A stretch of 64,000 nucleotides of DNA from a virus. The stretch spans positions 17,008 to 81,007 of IMG/VR virus record IMGVR_UViG_3300020125_000051. One strand, 5' to 3'. Below are positions 1-10,300 of this stretch, in pieces; within the stretch, counting starts at the first letter, position 1; each line of letters begins with the position of its first letter. The notes below the pieces were generated by a model. That model made no database searches and was not told the origin of the DNA. It saw only the letters and a list, made by a program, of their open reading frames with translations. Position numbers and translations under genes: made by a program.

Positions 1-117
1 GATGAACGCTTGACGACCGAAGATAAGCGTTGGGTTAAAGAGCACTTAGAGTTGGCTGGTAAAGCTGCACCACCCGTTGATATTTCTTGGATTACACTTA
101 CCTGTGGGGGGTGAAAT

Positions 118-621
118 ATGTCAGCACGACGTGGACTTAGGGGCGATAACGTAATTTACCGCCGTTCTAATGGTGAAAGCATGGCTGTTATTCTGACTGG
201 TGGTCAGGGTGACCCGCCAGCCGCACCAGCAGGTGTGCAGTCTGGATCTGGTGGAACATTAGCTGCTGCTACATATGTGTACAAGAACACATATGTTAAA
301 GATGGTGTTGAGAGCCAGCTTAGCGCAGCTAGTAATAACAACGTGACATCTGGCTCGACTTCATCTGTGGCGGTTACGGTAGCAACCGTTGCTGGTGCGA
401 CATCTTACAAGATTTATGGTCGTACTGGTGGTACCTTCCTGTTACTGAATACTATTACTGCCCCAACTGTTCTGTATACAGACACAGGTGCGGACACTCC
501 GTCTGGCGCGGCGCCAACGGCTGATTTTAATGCAAGTTTTAGAACACCGTACGCCGGACATGCGTTAACTACTGGTGTTTTGCCAGGCATTGGTGGTAAC
601 CAGTACCAGAAGACAAACTAG
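118..621 (+). CDS. Putative virion decoration protein with Ig/FN3-like beta domain
   Basis: T/A/G-rich; segment GGTLAAATYVYK...VAGATSYKIYGRT resembles the N-terminal insert of the tail tube protein at 10498. Confidence 0.55.
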   Translation: MSARRGLRGDNVIYRRSNGESMAVILTGGQGDPPAAPAGVQSGSGGTLAAATYVYKNTYVKDGVESQLSAASNNNVTSGSTSSVAVTVATVAGATSYKIYGRTGGTFLLLNTITAPTVLYTDTGADTPSGAAPTADFNASFRTPYAGHALTTGVLPGIGGNQYQKTN

Positions 622-629
622 GAGACAAG

Positions 630-770
630 ATGGCACCTAAGAAGAAGGCAGTACCAGCCAAAAAGGCGATGCCTATGAAGGCTGGTAAAGGTAAAGGTGA
701 TGGCACTGACATGGCCGACAGAATGGCAGCACTGCGCGCGAAGCGTGGTAATGGAAAGGCTGGTAAGTAA
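630..770 (+). CDS. Small Lys/Ala-rich basic protein, 46 aa (MAPKKKAVPAKKAMPMKAGK...)
   Basis: Translated by hand; SD AGGAG upstream; TAATG coupling to next ORF. Confidence 0.75.
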   Translation: MAPKKKAVPAKKAMPMKAGKGKGDGTDMADRMAALRAKRGNGKAGK

Positions 771-910
771 TGACTATGCCTAAGAAGAAGGCTGTGAAAG
801 CAACAGCCAAGAAGGTAGTAAAGAAGTCTGCCGGTGCAGCAGTAAAGCGTACTGCGGCTAAGGCAGTTCCACCAGCAGCGAAAGGTTCTGCTAACCCAGG
901 CGGTTATTAA
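770..910 (+). CDS. Small histone-H1-like basic protein, 46 aa (MTMPKKKAVKATAKKVVKKSAG...)
   Basis: Translated by hand; translationally coupled to the previous ORF. Confidence 0.75.
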   Translation: MTMPKKKAVKATAKKVVKKSAGAAVKRTAAKAVPPAAKGSANPGGY

Positions 911-911
911 A

Positions 912-1049
912 ATGGGTGCCTATGTAGGCGGCGGTTCTGGTAGTGGTGATACTCATATTTCGCAGGTAATAAGCAAAGGTAAGAAAGCTGTTAAGAAGAT
1001 TCCCGCGAAAGTGGTGAAGAAAGCAGTTCCTAAGAAGGGAGGTAAGTAA
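912..1049 (+). CDS. Small basic protein, 45 aa (...KGKKAVKKIPAKVVKKAVPKKGGK)
   Basis: Translated by hand; stop overlaps ATG of ORF 1049. Confidence 0.7.
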   Translation: MGAYVGGGSGSGDTHISQVISKGKKAVKKIPAKVVKKAVPKKGGK

Positions 1050-1369
1050 TGCCGATTTGGGCAGTCGTTCGTGATCGACCTCGGGTTTTATTCGAGGACC
1101 ACAGTAATGTTACTACCTCCACTCCAGTAGTTGGAACTTACCAGAAGTTGAACAAAGTTAGCTTTATTCTAACTAAAACCCATACTACTGGAACTTATAC
1201 GGCTACTTTTGACTGGTCACTTGATGGCAGCACCTCAATTTTCCAGACCACGTCGAGCCCAGCCAATAATACTCCAACTACTATTTCCGCAGAAGCACCA
1301 TGGGTGCGGGTGACGATATCTGCCTCCGTGTCTAATTTCACCGCACATGAGACAGTTGTGATGATATGA
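1049..1369 (+). CDS. Hypothetical beta-rich protein
   Basis: SD GGGAGG, coupled start. Confidence 0.6.
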   Translation: MPIWAVVRDRPRVLFEDHSNVTTSTPVVGTYQKLNKVSFILTKTHTTGTYTATFDWSLDGSTSIFQTTSSPANNTPTTISAEAPWVRVTISASVSNFTAHETVVMI

Positions 1370-1419
1370 AATTTCGTTATTGTAATGAGGCTCGTAATTG
1401 TAGCGATGGATGTTGACAC

Positions 1420-1713
1420 ATGAAAGCTGTTGAGACTTTACAAGATGAAATGCGAAATAAGGGATTAGTAACCGTAGGCGACCTCATTGAGTTGTTGGAG
1501 CAGCACCGGCCGGTAAAGGTGCCAGATAGATTTGCTATTAGTGGTGCGCAGTGGTTAGTTCACTGTAAACCATGTGATGGTGATAATTGGCATACTTGGC
1601 GTGACGGAGATATGCCAAGAGAGTGTTACTACTGGAAAAACTTGCGGCCCGCAGTATTGAAACAATTCAATTTAGTGGAAGTAGATGGAATCTACGATGT
1701 AGTTAGGAGCTAA
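1420..1713 (+). CDS. Hypothetical protein with CxxC motif
   Basis: ORF track; fits operon direction. Confidence 0.5.
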   Translation: MKAVETLQDEMRNKGLVTVGDLIELLEQHRPVKVPDRFAISGAQWLVHCKPCDGDNWHTWRDGDMPRECYYWKNLRPAVLKQFNLVEVDGIYDVVRS

Positions 1714-1718
1714 CTACG

Positions 1719-1880
1719 ATGACCATTACTATTGATTGGGTTTTGTTTTTACTTGCAGCCATTTGCTTCTTGTTGGGTGCTATCAGCGTAGGTGTCGCCT
1801 TTGGGGCCAATAACAGTAAAAGCATTAACTGGATGCTGCTAGGGTTTTTCTTTATTACGGTTACGTTTTTAACACCTTAG
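1719..1880 (+). CDS. Small two-helix membrane protein, 53 aa
   Basis: Translated by hand (MTITIDWVLFLLAAICFLLG...WMLLGFFFITVTFLTP); SD AGGAG. Confidence 0.6.
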   Translation: MTITIDWVLFLLAAICFLLGAISVGVAFGANNSKSINWMLLGFFFITVTFLTP

Positions 1881-1896
1881 GAAAGTAGCGACTAAG

Positions 1897-3324
1897 ATGA
1901 CTTCTCCGGATGTAGCACCAACTCTTACTAGGGTTGTCTCTAAGGAGAAGTACTTTGAAAAAATTGGTTACCAGCCGCACCCACGGCAAAAATTGTTCCA
2001 TGATTCAAAAGCACGATTTAAGATTCCTGTCTGTGGGCGGCGGTTCGGTAAAACCGTGATGGGTGCTCGTGAAGCCGAACCTACTCTCATGATACCCAAC
2101 AAAAGAGTATGGATTGTCGGACCAACTTATGACCTTGGTGAGAAGGAATTCCGGGTTATTTGGAACGACATGATTATTAAGCTAGGGCTCGGGCGCGAGA
2201 AAGAAGTTAAAAAAGCGTTTAATAAGCGTTCTGGCGATATGTATATTGAGTTTCCCTGGGGAACTAGAATAGAAGTACGCTCTGCGGATCGCCCAGAAAC
2301 ACTTGTTGGTGATGCTTTAGACTATGTCATCATGGCAGAAGCTGCAAAACATACAAAGGAAACTTGGGATCGGTTTATTCGTCCAGCCTTAGCCGACCGC
2401 AGAGGGTCAGCCACGTTTAGTACAACGCCTGAAGGTCAGAACTGGATTCATGATCTGTGGCAAATGGGGCGCAACCCACTATTTGAAGAATATGAGTCTT
2501 GGCGCTTCCCAGCTTGGGAAAACACATATGTCTATCCAGGTGGCCGGAATGATCCTGAGATAATATCTCAGGAATTAACAATGCCATCTGAGTGGTTCAT
2601 GCAAGAAATTGCGGCTGATTTCACTTCATTCATGGGTAAAATCTACTCAGAATGGGATGAACAAGTACATGTGCAGCCACATAAATATAATCCAGCTTGG
2701 AAAAACTACATTGCGTTTGACTGGGGTTTTGTTAATCCAATGGCCGCAGTAGAATTCCAAGTTGACCCGATGGACCGAGTGCATGTGTGGCGACTTCATT
2801 ACAAATCTCATATTCGGTTAGAGACCTTCCTGTGGGAAATGAAAGAGCGAGCGCAGCCCGATGGTTATAAAATTGATCTTTGCTTCGGCGACGCTGCTGA
2901 TCCTGAGGCTGTTGCCACAGTGTGTGAAAAGTTTGCTCCTTGCATAGCTGATCCTAAGTCTAAGGATAACTGGCGAGAAGGCATAGATTTAGTAAAAGGT
3001 TTTTTGAAGACCCAGACCGTAGGTGAGGCCGATGAATTCGGGACGCCTGTGGATGAGCCATGGCTCACCGTAGACAACACCTGCGGCGACCTGATTAGAG
3101 AATTCAACAACTATCGGGCTGCTGCACCTACAACTGGCAAACCGAGGAATCCTAGAGAAGATGCACAGAAGTATGATGATCACGCTTTAGATGCTTTGCG
3201 TTACGCTTTGATGCACATTTTCAAGCTAGGTTGGACCCAAAGTCTACATGACTTCATTGATGTAAGCGAAATGCACCAAGTTCCATCCACAGGTTACTTC
3301 ACATCTAAGATGAGTTTTTCATGA
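1897..3324 (+). CDS. terL: Terminase large subunit
   Basis: Walker A CGRRFGKT, Walker B-like YVIMAEAA, STTPEG coupling motif, nuclease DWG and DDHALDALRY. Confidence 0.95.
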   Translation: MTSPDVAPTLTRVVSKEKYFEKIGYQPHPRQKLFHDSKARFKIPVCGRRFGKTVMGAREAEPTLMIPNKRVWIVGPTYDLGEKEFRVIWNDMIIKLGLGREKEVKKAFNKRSGDMYIEFPWGTRIEVRSADRPETLVGDALDYVIMAEAAKHTKETWDRFIRPALADRRGSATFSTTPEGQNWIHDLWQMGRNPLFEEYESWRFPAWENTYVYPGGRNDPEIISQELTMPSEWFMQEIAADFTSFMGKIYSEWDEQVHVQPHKYNPAWKNYIAFDWGFVNPMAAVEFQVDPMDRVHVWRLHYKSHIRLETFLWEMKERAQPDGYKIDLCFGDAADPEAVATVCEKFAPCIADPKSKDNWREGIDLVKGFLKTQTVGEADEFGTPVDEPWLTVDNTCGDLIREFNNYRAAAPTTGKPRNPREDAQKYDDHALDALRYALMHIFKLGWTQSLHDFIDVSEMHQVPSTGYFTSKMSFS

Positions 3325-3534
3325 AACAGACTATTTGGCAACGTTTATCTTATTGGCCGATGTTTGGTTGGAACCACTATGTTATTCGCAGATGCACATG
3401 TCACAAACACTTCTGGCAAAGTTGGAGTGTTTAATGATAAATGCGATTTATGGATTCATGTGTGGTGGTACTTGCGTTGCGCTTATTGTAGCCGCAATCG
3501 TCTATTACTATGCGTATAAGATGTGGAATAACTC

Positions 3535-3891
3535 ATGACTACTTGTCCAAGAAGAATGCAAGAGTGGGGACCATGGGAGAAGGCTGAGAACCTAGACCAT
3601 TGGCGTAAAGATAAGACTTGTTCCTTCTGTGGGAGTCTAAATCCAGATATATTTTTGGATTTACTTGCTAAAGGAAGAGTAGCAGTTACACCTACTGATA
3701 AAAATTATAAAGCTTACGTAGAAGGTCTAGGTGTATTCAGAAAATTTTATTTTCAACATTTCGATTTTGAGCAGCAAGATAAATTTCTCGAGATTTATAA
3801 TACTGATCCTAGACCATTTAGAATGTCTGATCCTGGATATTTTTATGTATTACCGTTTTTTGCTCATAGAAGGGAGGTAGGTCATGAGTGA
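3535..3891 (+). CDS. Hypothetical protein (CSFCGS motif)
   Basis: ORF overlapping portal start. Confidence 0.55.
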   Translation: MTTCPRRMQEWGPWEKAENLDHWRKDKTCSFCGSLNPDIFLDLLAKGRVAVTPTDKNYKAYVEGLGVFRKFYFQHFDFEQQDKFLEIYNTDPRPFRMSDPGYFYVLPFFAHRREVGHE

Positions 3892-5458
3892 TAATTCGGA
3901 ATATCTATCCATAATTGCTGAGTTAGAACAGAATGCTGAGACTCGAGAAATTGCAAATACTGCACAATTAACCAAACAAATTACTCTTAACGAAGCGTTG
4001 AATAGTTATGATTTAGTTAAGGCCGTGCATGATCCAGTTAATGGATCTTATGTAGTGATGGCCGAGCGTAACCCTAAATTAGACATAAATACGGCATTCA
4101 AGGAAATGGGTTACGTATCTCCATCTCCATTTACTTCTTGGACTCGTGACGAGCGTGTTCCGGAACTTAGAGATCAAACAGGTATTCGTACTTACTATAA
4201 CATGAAGCGAGCCGACGGCATTATTCGTGGCGCGTTAAGATTACTTAAGACTCCTGTTATGGCAGCTAGATGGTTCATTGAACCAGCTAGTGATAGTACC
4301 TTAGACAAAAGCATTGCGGATTTCGTAGAACGAAACCTGTTTGAAGAGTTAAATGCACCTTGGTATCGTGTTCTTGAAGATGCGCTATTAATGTGTGAAT
4401 ATGGTTACATGCCGTTAGAAAAGGTATATGGACTAAACTCTGATGGTAAAATTGTACTAAAGAAACTAGCTCCACGACACCCACTTGATATTATGCAATG
4501 GGAATATGACACAACAGGTGGGCCAAATGGTATCGTTATGGAACCTACCCAGGCGAACAACTTTGAGTCTATTTTTGTTCCTATTGAGAAGCTAGTTGTC
4601 TTTGTATTAGAGCAAGAAGCTGGTGACATGCGTGGAATTTCAATTCTACGATCTGCCTACAAGCATTACTACTACAAAGATACACTCTACAAAATTGATG
4701 CTATCCAAAAGGAAAGACACGGAATTGGTGTTCCAATCATCAAAATCCCGCTTGGTGCCTCTGATAAGGACCGAGCACTTGCTGATGATTTGGGAAGAAA
4801 CTTGCGTACCAATGAGCGTGCCCACATATCTTTGCCAATGAACTGGGAAGTGATGTTTGCTAAGTTAGAAGGTCAGCCAGTCGACTGCTTACCTTCAATA
4901 GCACATCACAATGATCAGATTATGCAAAATATTTTAGCAAACTTCTACAAAGATCCAAGTGCTAAAGAAGATTCAATGAACATGTTCTACAAGGGAACTC
5001 GTTACATTGCATCTACTCTAGCTGAAACTTTTAATCGTCATGTCATCAAACAACTTGTAGATTTCAATTACAATCGAGGAAAATACCCAATTCTTCGTGT
5101 TCGTAGAATTGGTGAGAACGAAGACCTACGTACATGGTCGTTTGCATTCCGTAACCTAGTTGGCGCTAACGCAATCTTCCCTGATGATCCACTAGAGGAC
5201 TTCTTAAGAACAGAACTCGACCTACCACCAGCCGACAAGAAAACAGCACGTACGCCATTTGATCCTAGACAGCAACGTGCACAAGAACCTGGTCCTCCTG
5301 GTACTGTTGGTAGTCTTCCAACTCAAACATCACCTGGAAATACAACGAATCCAGCAAATAACACTGGATTACCTCATGTTGGTTTGCCTAGACAAAAGGC
5401 ACAACCACCAGTTAAACCTCCACAGAAAAACGCTGGATCTGATAGATCAGGAGGATAG
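3884..5458 (+). CDS. Portal protein (DUF935/Mu gp29-like)
   Basis: Position after terL; G.SILR..Y..Y..K and ERHGIGVP motifs; proline-rich tail. Confidence 0.9.
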   Translation: MSDNSEYLSIIAELEQNAETREIANTAQLTKQITLNEALNSYDLVKAVHDPVNGSYVVMAERNPKLDINTAFKEMGYVSPSPFTSWTRDERVPELRDQTGIRTYYNMKRADGIIRGALRLLKTPVMAARWFIEPASDSTLDKSIADFVERNLFEELNAPWYRVLEDALLMCEYGYMPLEKVYGLNSDGKIVLKKLAPRHPLDIMQWEYDTTGGPNGIVMEPTQANNFESIFVPIEKLVVFVLEQEAGDMRGISILRSAYKHYYYKDTLYKIDAIQKERHGIGVPIIKIPLGASDKDRALADDLGRNLRTNERAHISLPMNWEVMFAKLEGQPVDCLPSIAHHNDQIMQNILANFYKDPSAKEDSMNMFYKGTRYIASTLAETFNRHVIKQLVDFNYNRGKYPILRVRRIGENEDLRTWSFAFRNLVGANAIFPDDPLEDFLRTELDLPPADKKTARTPFDPRQQRAQEPGPPGTVGSLPTQTSPGNTTNPANNTGLPHVGLPRQKAQPPVKPPQKNAGSDRSGG

Positions 5459-5461
5459 CTA

Positions 5462-5731
5462 ATGCGTGCAGATCCACCTACTTCAGTTAGACAACGCAGA
5501 TTATCTGAATCTAGGCCAGATATTGCGACACATCGTCAGCGGACTGTCATAGAGCTGTCTGACCGAATGGTGAAAGGTTTTAAAAAGAACGCGCAAAGGA
5601 TTGCGGCTAAGCAAGGAATGCCTTACGATCGGGCTGCGGCCATACTAGCTGCCGGTGCCCGGCGTGCGTCATCGGCCGCAAAACGTAAAAATCCTGCTCT
5701 TAAGAAGGTTAAGGGCAAAGCTAAATCATAG
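5462..5731 (+). CDS. Basic hypothetical protein
   Basis: K/R-rich C-terminus (AAKRKNPALKKVKGKAKS); located between portal and protease. Confidence 0.6.
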   Translation: MRADPPTSVRQRRLSESRPDIATHRQRTVIELSDRMVKGFKKNAQRIAAKQGMPYDRAAAILAAGARRASSAAKRKNPALKKVKGKAKS

Positions 5732-5733
5732 GT

Positions 5734-6882
5734 TTGTCGGAAGGAGGGAAAATGGGAACTAGTTCTAGCTTTCTTGTTGATGCTTTTACATTGACTTTTG
5801 AAGAGTCTGATGGTAAGCAAAGTTCGTGGGTACACGCACTTGGGCTTGGTTCATTCAGGCACCCAACGTACGGAACCATCGATCTAACTACTGATCGTAT
5901 TAAGAACTTTGCAGATAGCGTCAAAAACAAGATTCGTGGAACAGTTGAGCCTAGCATCAACTACGTGCATGACAACAACAATGTCGCCGCTGGTTGGGTT
6001 AAGGACGCCGAGAGTCGTTCCGACGGCCTGTGGGTTTTTGTTGAGTGGGTCAGCGATGCTGCTAAAGCCATTTTAGAAAAGAAATGGCGTTACTTCTCAT
6101 CTGAGTTTACTGATGAGTGGGAAGACCCACAGGGTACTAAGCACAAGGATGTATTCATTGGTGGCGCGCTAACTAACCGTCCATTCATGAAGAACCTTGT
6201 TCCGGTCAACTTGTCGGAAGACACTGTTGATATGGCTCTTGATTTAGTATCACTAATTAGCGGTGTGGACAAGGATTCTTTGAAGGGGGGTAACGGTATG
6301 GAACTTAGCGATGCTGATGTTCAGAAGATAGTTGAAGGATTAGCCACAAAACTAGCTCCGACAACTACTCCACCAGTTCCGCCAGTACCGCAGGTTAGCC
6401 TTATGGATATTCCTGAGCTAAAGGCATTAGCAGAAGAAAACCCAATGGTTAAGCTTTTACTTGACCAGGTTGAGAAGCAGAATGCTGATCTTGCAAAGGG
6501 TGCAACTTCGCTTAAGGAAGCTGAAATTGCCCGCAAACTTACTGAGTTTGACCGGAGCAAGATTGTTCTAACGCCTGTTGCCAAGGAACTTACTGAAAAA
6601 CTGGCAATGGCTATTCCAGAGGCACTTTCAGATGACTTCTGGAAGCTTCTTACTGAAATGAAGCGTGGATCTTCATTCCTAGTAGAGCTTGGCGAGCGCA
6701 CTGGCGCAACCGTAAACTACGGAACGCCAAAGTCTTATGTTAAGCAGTTCGACGAGCTAGCTGCGTCTCTAAAGTCAGAACACAAGCTATCTGATGCAGA
6801 TTCGTACGAGCGTGCAGCCTCACAGAACCCGGCGCTATACGCTAAGTACCGTGCCGAGCTAACGAACAGTGAGGTGAAATAA
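5734..6882 (+). CDS. Capsid maturation protease / scaffold (Mu I-like)
   Basis: INYVH, AAGWV, RYFSSEF and GGALTNRPF motifs; helical scaffold-like C-terminal half. Confidence 0.9.
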   Translation: MSEGGKMGTSSSFLVDAFTLTFEESDGKQSSWVHALGLGSFRHPTYGTIDLTTDRIKNFADSVKNKIRGTVEPSINYVHDNNNVAAGWVKDAESRSDGLWVFVEWVSDAAKAILEKKWRYFSSEFTDEWEDPQGTKHKDVFIGGALTNRPFMKNLVPVNLSEDTVDMALDLVSLISGVDKDSLKGGNGMELSDADVQKIVEGLATKLAPTTTPPVPPVPQVSLMDIPELKALAEENPMVKLLLDQVEKQNADLAKGATSLKEAEIARKLTEFDRSKIVLTPVAKELTEKLAMAIPEALSDDFWKLLTEMKRGSSFLVELGERTGATVNYGTPKSYVKQFDELAASLKSEHKLSDADSYERAASQNPALYAKYRAELTNSEVK

Positions 6883-7313
6883 TGGCTGGCTCTGGCGCTA
6901 ATTTCGTTCTTGACAAGGCATTTAACTTACTATCTACTTACAACTCATCTGCTGCCGCAGGTGCACTTGCTAAGAGATTAGTTAAGTTTGCTGCTGGTGG
7001 TACAGTTGACCTTAACGTTGCTTCTAACACTCGTTCCATTGGTATCCTTATGGAGAACGTGGATGCGGTTAAGATTGCAACTGGTAAGGTTATGGCCGAT
7101 GTGCGTATGATTGGTATTGGTACCGTCAACTGCACAACTGCTGCTTCTGTGGTGCTTGGAAGCGTTCTTATGTCATCCACTGTTGGTGGTGTACTACTTG
7201 CAGCTACCTCTGCCAACATCCCAATGGGATTAGCAGTTGGTATCACTGGTACTCTTGCCGATGGTAACGACATTCAGGTGCTATTCCTCGCTGGTCTACC
7301 GGCACTACCGTAA
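6882..7313 (+). CDS. Capsid decoration/cement protein
   Basis: 143 aa G/A/V-rich beta protein between scaffold and capsid. Confidence 0.7.
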   Translation: MAGSGANFVLDKAFNLLSTYNSSAAAGALAKRLVKFAAGGTVDLNVASNTRSIGILMENVDAVKIATGKVMADVRMIGIGTVNCTTAASVVLGSVLMSSTVGGVLLAATSANIPMGLAVGITGTLADGNDIQVLFLAGLPALP

Positions 7314-7334
7314 TCTGAAGGGAGGGAAATTTAA

Positions 7335-8315
7335 ATGGCAGTTTACAATCCAACTGGATCTGGCAACGTTCACGTTGATAAGATTCTTACCCAGATCAGT
7401 GTGGCTTGGCCAAACACAGGTTTAGTTGGCGAACGCCTAATGCCAAGTGTTGGAGTACTTAAGCAGTCTGATAAGTACTACATCTTTGGACGTGAAGGTT
7501 GGCTTCCAGAAGATGACAACCGTGCACCTGGCACAGTAGCCAATGAGATCGCCGGTCTTGCCGTGTCTACGGACACATACTACGCCCGTGAACACTCTCT
7601 TCAGATCCCGGTAACTGACGAAGAGCGTGATAACGTTGACTCACCACTAGCACCAGATCGTGACGCGACCGAACTAGTTACGTCTAAGATTATGCTAGGC
7701 CGTGAAGTTGCTATTAAGACGCTAGTTACCACTACTTCTAACTATGCATCAGGTTTGAGCACAACTCTTTCTGGTGCTGCACAGTGGAACTCTGCTAACT
7801 ATGCAACTTCCGACCCTATCTCGGACCTTCGCACTGGCAAGGTTGCGGTTAACGCCCGTATCTTCCAGGACCCGAATGTTCTAGTGGTTCCTTATCAGGT
7901 TATGGCTGCGCTGGAAGACCACCCAGACTTCCTAGAGCGTATTAAGTACTCTGAGCGGGCTATCTTCTCGCCTGAGCTTCTTGCAGCAGTTCTTGGTTTC
8001 GAGACTGTTGTTGTGCCTGGTGTTGGTATCAACAATGCTAACCCTGGTGCTTCCGCCTCACTTGGTTACCTGTGGGGTAAGGATGTTGTTATGGCGTGGG
8101 TGCCTCCGCGCGCAGGTCTTAAGATTCCTGCCTTTGGTTATGAATTCACTTGGGGAACACAGTACGTAGATCGTTGGCGTGAGGAACCACGGAAGTCTGA
8201 TCTAATCCGTGCATCTCGTCGCTATGACCTTAAACTGGTTGCTCAGGGTGACCCAGGTTCTTCGGACGCTGGTAAAGCAATTGCCGGATATGTCATCAAG
8301 GCCGCGATTGCCTAG
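7335..8315 (+). CDS. Major capsid protein
   Basis: Synteny, strong SD GGGAGGG, VDKILTQISV.W N-terminus and W.....SDPI.D motif. Confidence 0.9.
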   Translation: MAVYNPTGSGNVHVDKILTQISVAWPNTGLVGERLMPSVGVLKQSDKYYIFGREGWLPEDDNRAPGTVANEIAGLAVSTDTYYAREHSLQIPVTDEERDNVDSPLAPDRDATELVTSKIMLGREVAIKTLVTTTSNYASGLSTTLSGAAQWNSANYATSDPISDLRTGKVAVNARIFQDPNVLVVPYQVMAALEDHPDFLERIKYSERAIFSPELLAAVLGFETVVVPGVGINNANPGASASLGYLWGKDVVMAWVPPRAGLKIPAFGYEFTWGTQYVDRWREEPRKSDLIRASRRYDLKLVAQGDPGSSDAGKAIAGYVIKAAIA

Positions 8316-8323
8316 GAGCGATT

Positions 8324-8623
8324 ATGCCTAAGAAAATCTTCGCTGTTACTAATGTACGAGTTGGCCCAGCAGACGACCAATACTTTGCAGCTAATAGTGT
8401 GATTGATCCAGCTAAATTTACTAAAGAGCAATTACTACAGCTGCATGAGTCTGGTGCTATTGAAATTCGTGTTGTGGATGAAGAAGTTGCTCCTGACGGT
8501 ACTGCGGTAACCGACGTAGTTCCTGAATCTACAGAAACAACAGATGCATCCACTTCTACAGAGTCTACAGAGTCAACAGACACAACCGCTTCTATGGATT
8601 CTACGGACGATACAGATAGCTAA
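8324..8623 (+). CDS. Small head-associated protein with acidic S/T tail
   Basis: Follows the capsid gene; SD AGGAG. Confidence 0.6.
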   Translation: MPKKIFAVTNVRVGPADDQYFAANSVIDPAKFTKEQLLQLHESGAIEIRVVDEEVAPDGTAVTDVVPESTETTDASTSTESTESTDTTASMDSTDDTDS

Positions 8624-9069
8624 TGGCTAGAATACAGAAAGAAGATGCGCAAGGGTGGGTAGAGTCAACTAAGTTGCCTCTATCCTCCCTTGACATTGCC
8701 TTATTAACTCAAATCGAAGGCGAAGTATTAGCAAGATTAGCCACAGCTTATGATACATCAACTTGGCTTGATCAAACTTCTACTCCGCTGGTTGTTCGAG
8801 TCATTATTGCAAAAACATATGTGGCTTGGATTTACGATAGACAGTATAGTGAGAACCAAACTGGTGGAAATGATTACGCAGCTATGTTGCGTACAAATGC
8901 TGAAATGTTAATAGTTGGCTTAGTTAATGGTACAATTGATATTCCAGGTGTTAATCCAACAGGTTCTATTCCAAGCTTCTATCCAAATGATGCATCTTCT
9001 GCACAAGATCCGACACCAGATGATACATCATTAGGACCTGCTGCATTCTCTATGGGAAAAGTATTCTGA
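8623..9069 (+). CDS. Head-tail adaptor
   Basis: Size, helical pattern and synteny. Confidence 0.7.
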   Translation: MARIQKEDAQGWVESTKLPLSSLDIALLTQIEGEVLARLATAYDTSTWLDQTSTPLVVRVIIAKTYVAWIYDRQYSENQTGGNDYAAMLRTNAEMLIVGLVNGTIDIPGVNPTGSIPSFYPNDASSAQDPTPDDTSLGPAAFSMGKVF

Positions 9070-9070
9070 T

Positions 9071-9823
9071 ATGGCGAGTAATTTCCCTAGACCCACGCCA
9101 TTCATGATTTCTGAAGCCGTAGTTCGCGGCTTAGCAATTCCTGCAATTGAAATTGATCCACGATTTAACTTTGTTCGTGGAGCTTATATATTTGCTAGTG
9201 ATATCCAATTACTAGATTTAAAGCTTAGAACATTCAAGGATCCTCTTGAAAAATCTCGAGATTTAGTGATTATTCCTGCAATTAAGCAAAATTTTGTAGA
9301 ACAGGGTCGACCACAATGGAAGCAATTATCTAAGAGAACTCTTTACAATAGACTTATTGAAGGCTATCCGCGTGGTCCAATACTTGATAAAACTGGACGA
9401 TTGAAGCGAGCTGCAACTAAGAAGAATATCTGGGCTATAACTAGTGCAATTGGCCGTCAAGGCTATGATATGTTACAGCTAAGAACAATTTATTTTGATC
9501 AATTAGTTCCATATGGTCAATTTCATCAACTTGGAGCCAGAATTCCATCTGCTAGAAATATTGGTGGTTTGTCTGGACGTTTTGGTTCTACTGGAAATCC
9601 ACTTATACCAACTAATATTAAATTCTCTAAGAGTGTAACTCCAGGTGGATTTGTAGAGCATGGACGTGTTGAATTATTCCCAACTAGTGGTGGTAAGCTT
9701 CCTGCACGCCCATTCATAGCTATAACATTACAAGATGAAGTTGAAATCTACAACCTATTTACTACACACTTAACTACTCAGGTCAATAAATTCTGGGGCA
9801 TGAAGGGTGACAAGGGACTATGA
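9071..9823 (+). CDS. Virion morphogenesis / tail completion protein (Mu gpG-like)
   Basis: W..LS..T, IL..TGRL, Y..FHQ.G and LPARPF motifs. Confidence 0.8.
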   Translation: MASNFPRPTPFMISEAVVRGLAIPAIEIDPRFNFVRGAYIFASDIQLLDLKLRTFKDPLEKSRDLVIIPAIKQNFVEQGRPQWKQLSKRTLYNRLIEGYPRGPILDKTGRLKRAATKKNIWAITSAIGRQGYDMLQLRTIYFDQLVPYGQFHQLGARIPSARNIGGLSGRFGSTGNPLIPTNIKFSKSVTPGGFVEHGRVELFPTSGGKLPARPFIAITLQDEVEIYNLFTTHLTTQVNKFWGMKGDKGL

Positions 9824-10290
9824 CCGCACCTGGACCACACACTGACACAGACGAAACTGTTGCTGAAGCTATTTTTAATCTTGTTTTTGATGATAAAGAA
9901 GATTTGGAATTAGAAGACGTATTATATGGAAATCATATAATAATTCCTCGTAATAGTGCCGCTGTTATCCAAGCTATGGGTAAAAACAGAGCTTTAGCTG
10001 GTGTCGCTGCACCAGGTGGTAGAACATTAAATACCTTAATGGTTATGATTGATCTTCACTGGTCAAAAGTTGGCGATGAATCTACGCAACGTAGATTATG
10101 CGATGCCAGAGGCACTGCGTTAGAACGTAAAATTCATGAAGATACTACCCTTGGCGGAATTGTAATTCATGGTTTCGTTAATCAGGTTGATCGTGGCGAA
10201 ACTTTATTCAATGGTAGTATGTTCAGAACAGTAAGAATGTCTTACGCTGCTACTACTAAGACATACTTATCTCCTCCTGCTGCACCGTAA
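9820..10290 (+). CDS. Tail terminator
   Basis: Synteny; D.TLGG.V motif. Confidence 0.7.
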   Translation: MTAPGPHTDTDETVAEAIFNLVFDDKEDLELEDVLYGNHIIIPRNSAAVIQAMGKNRALAGVAAPGGRTLNTLMVMIDLHWSKVGDESTQRRLCDARGTALERKIHEDTTLGGIVIHGFVNQVDRGETLFNGSMFRTVRMSYAATTKTYLSPPAAP

Positions 10291-10300
10291 AGGGGGCGCC

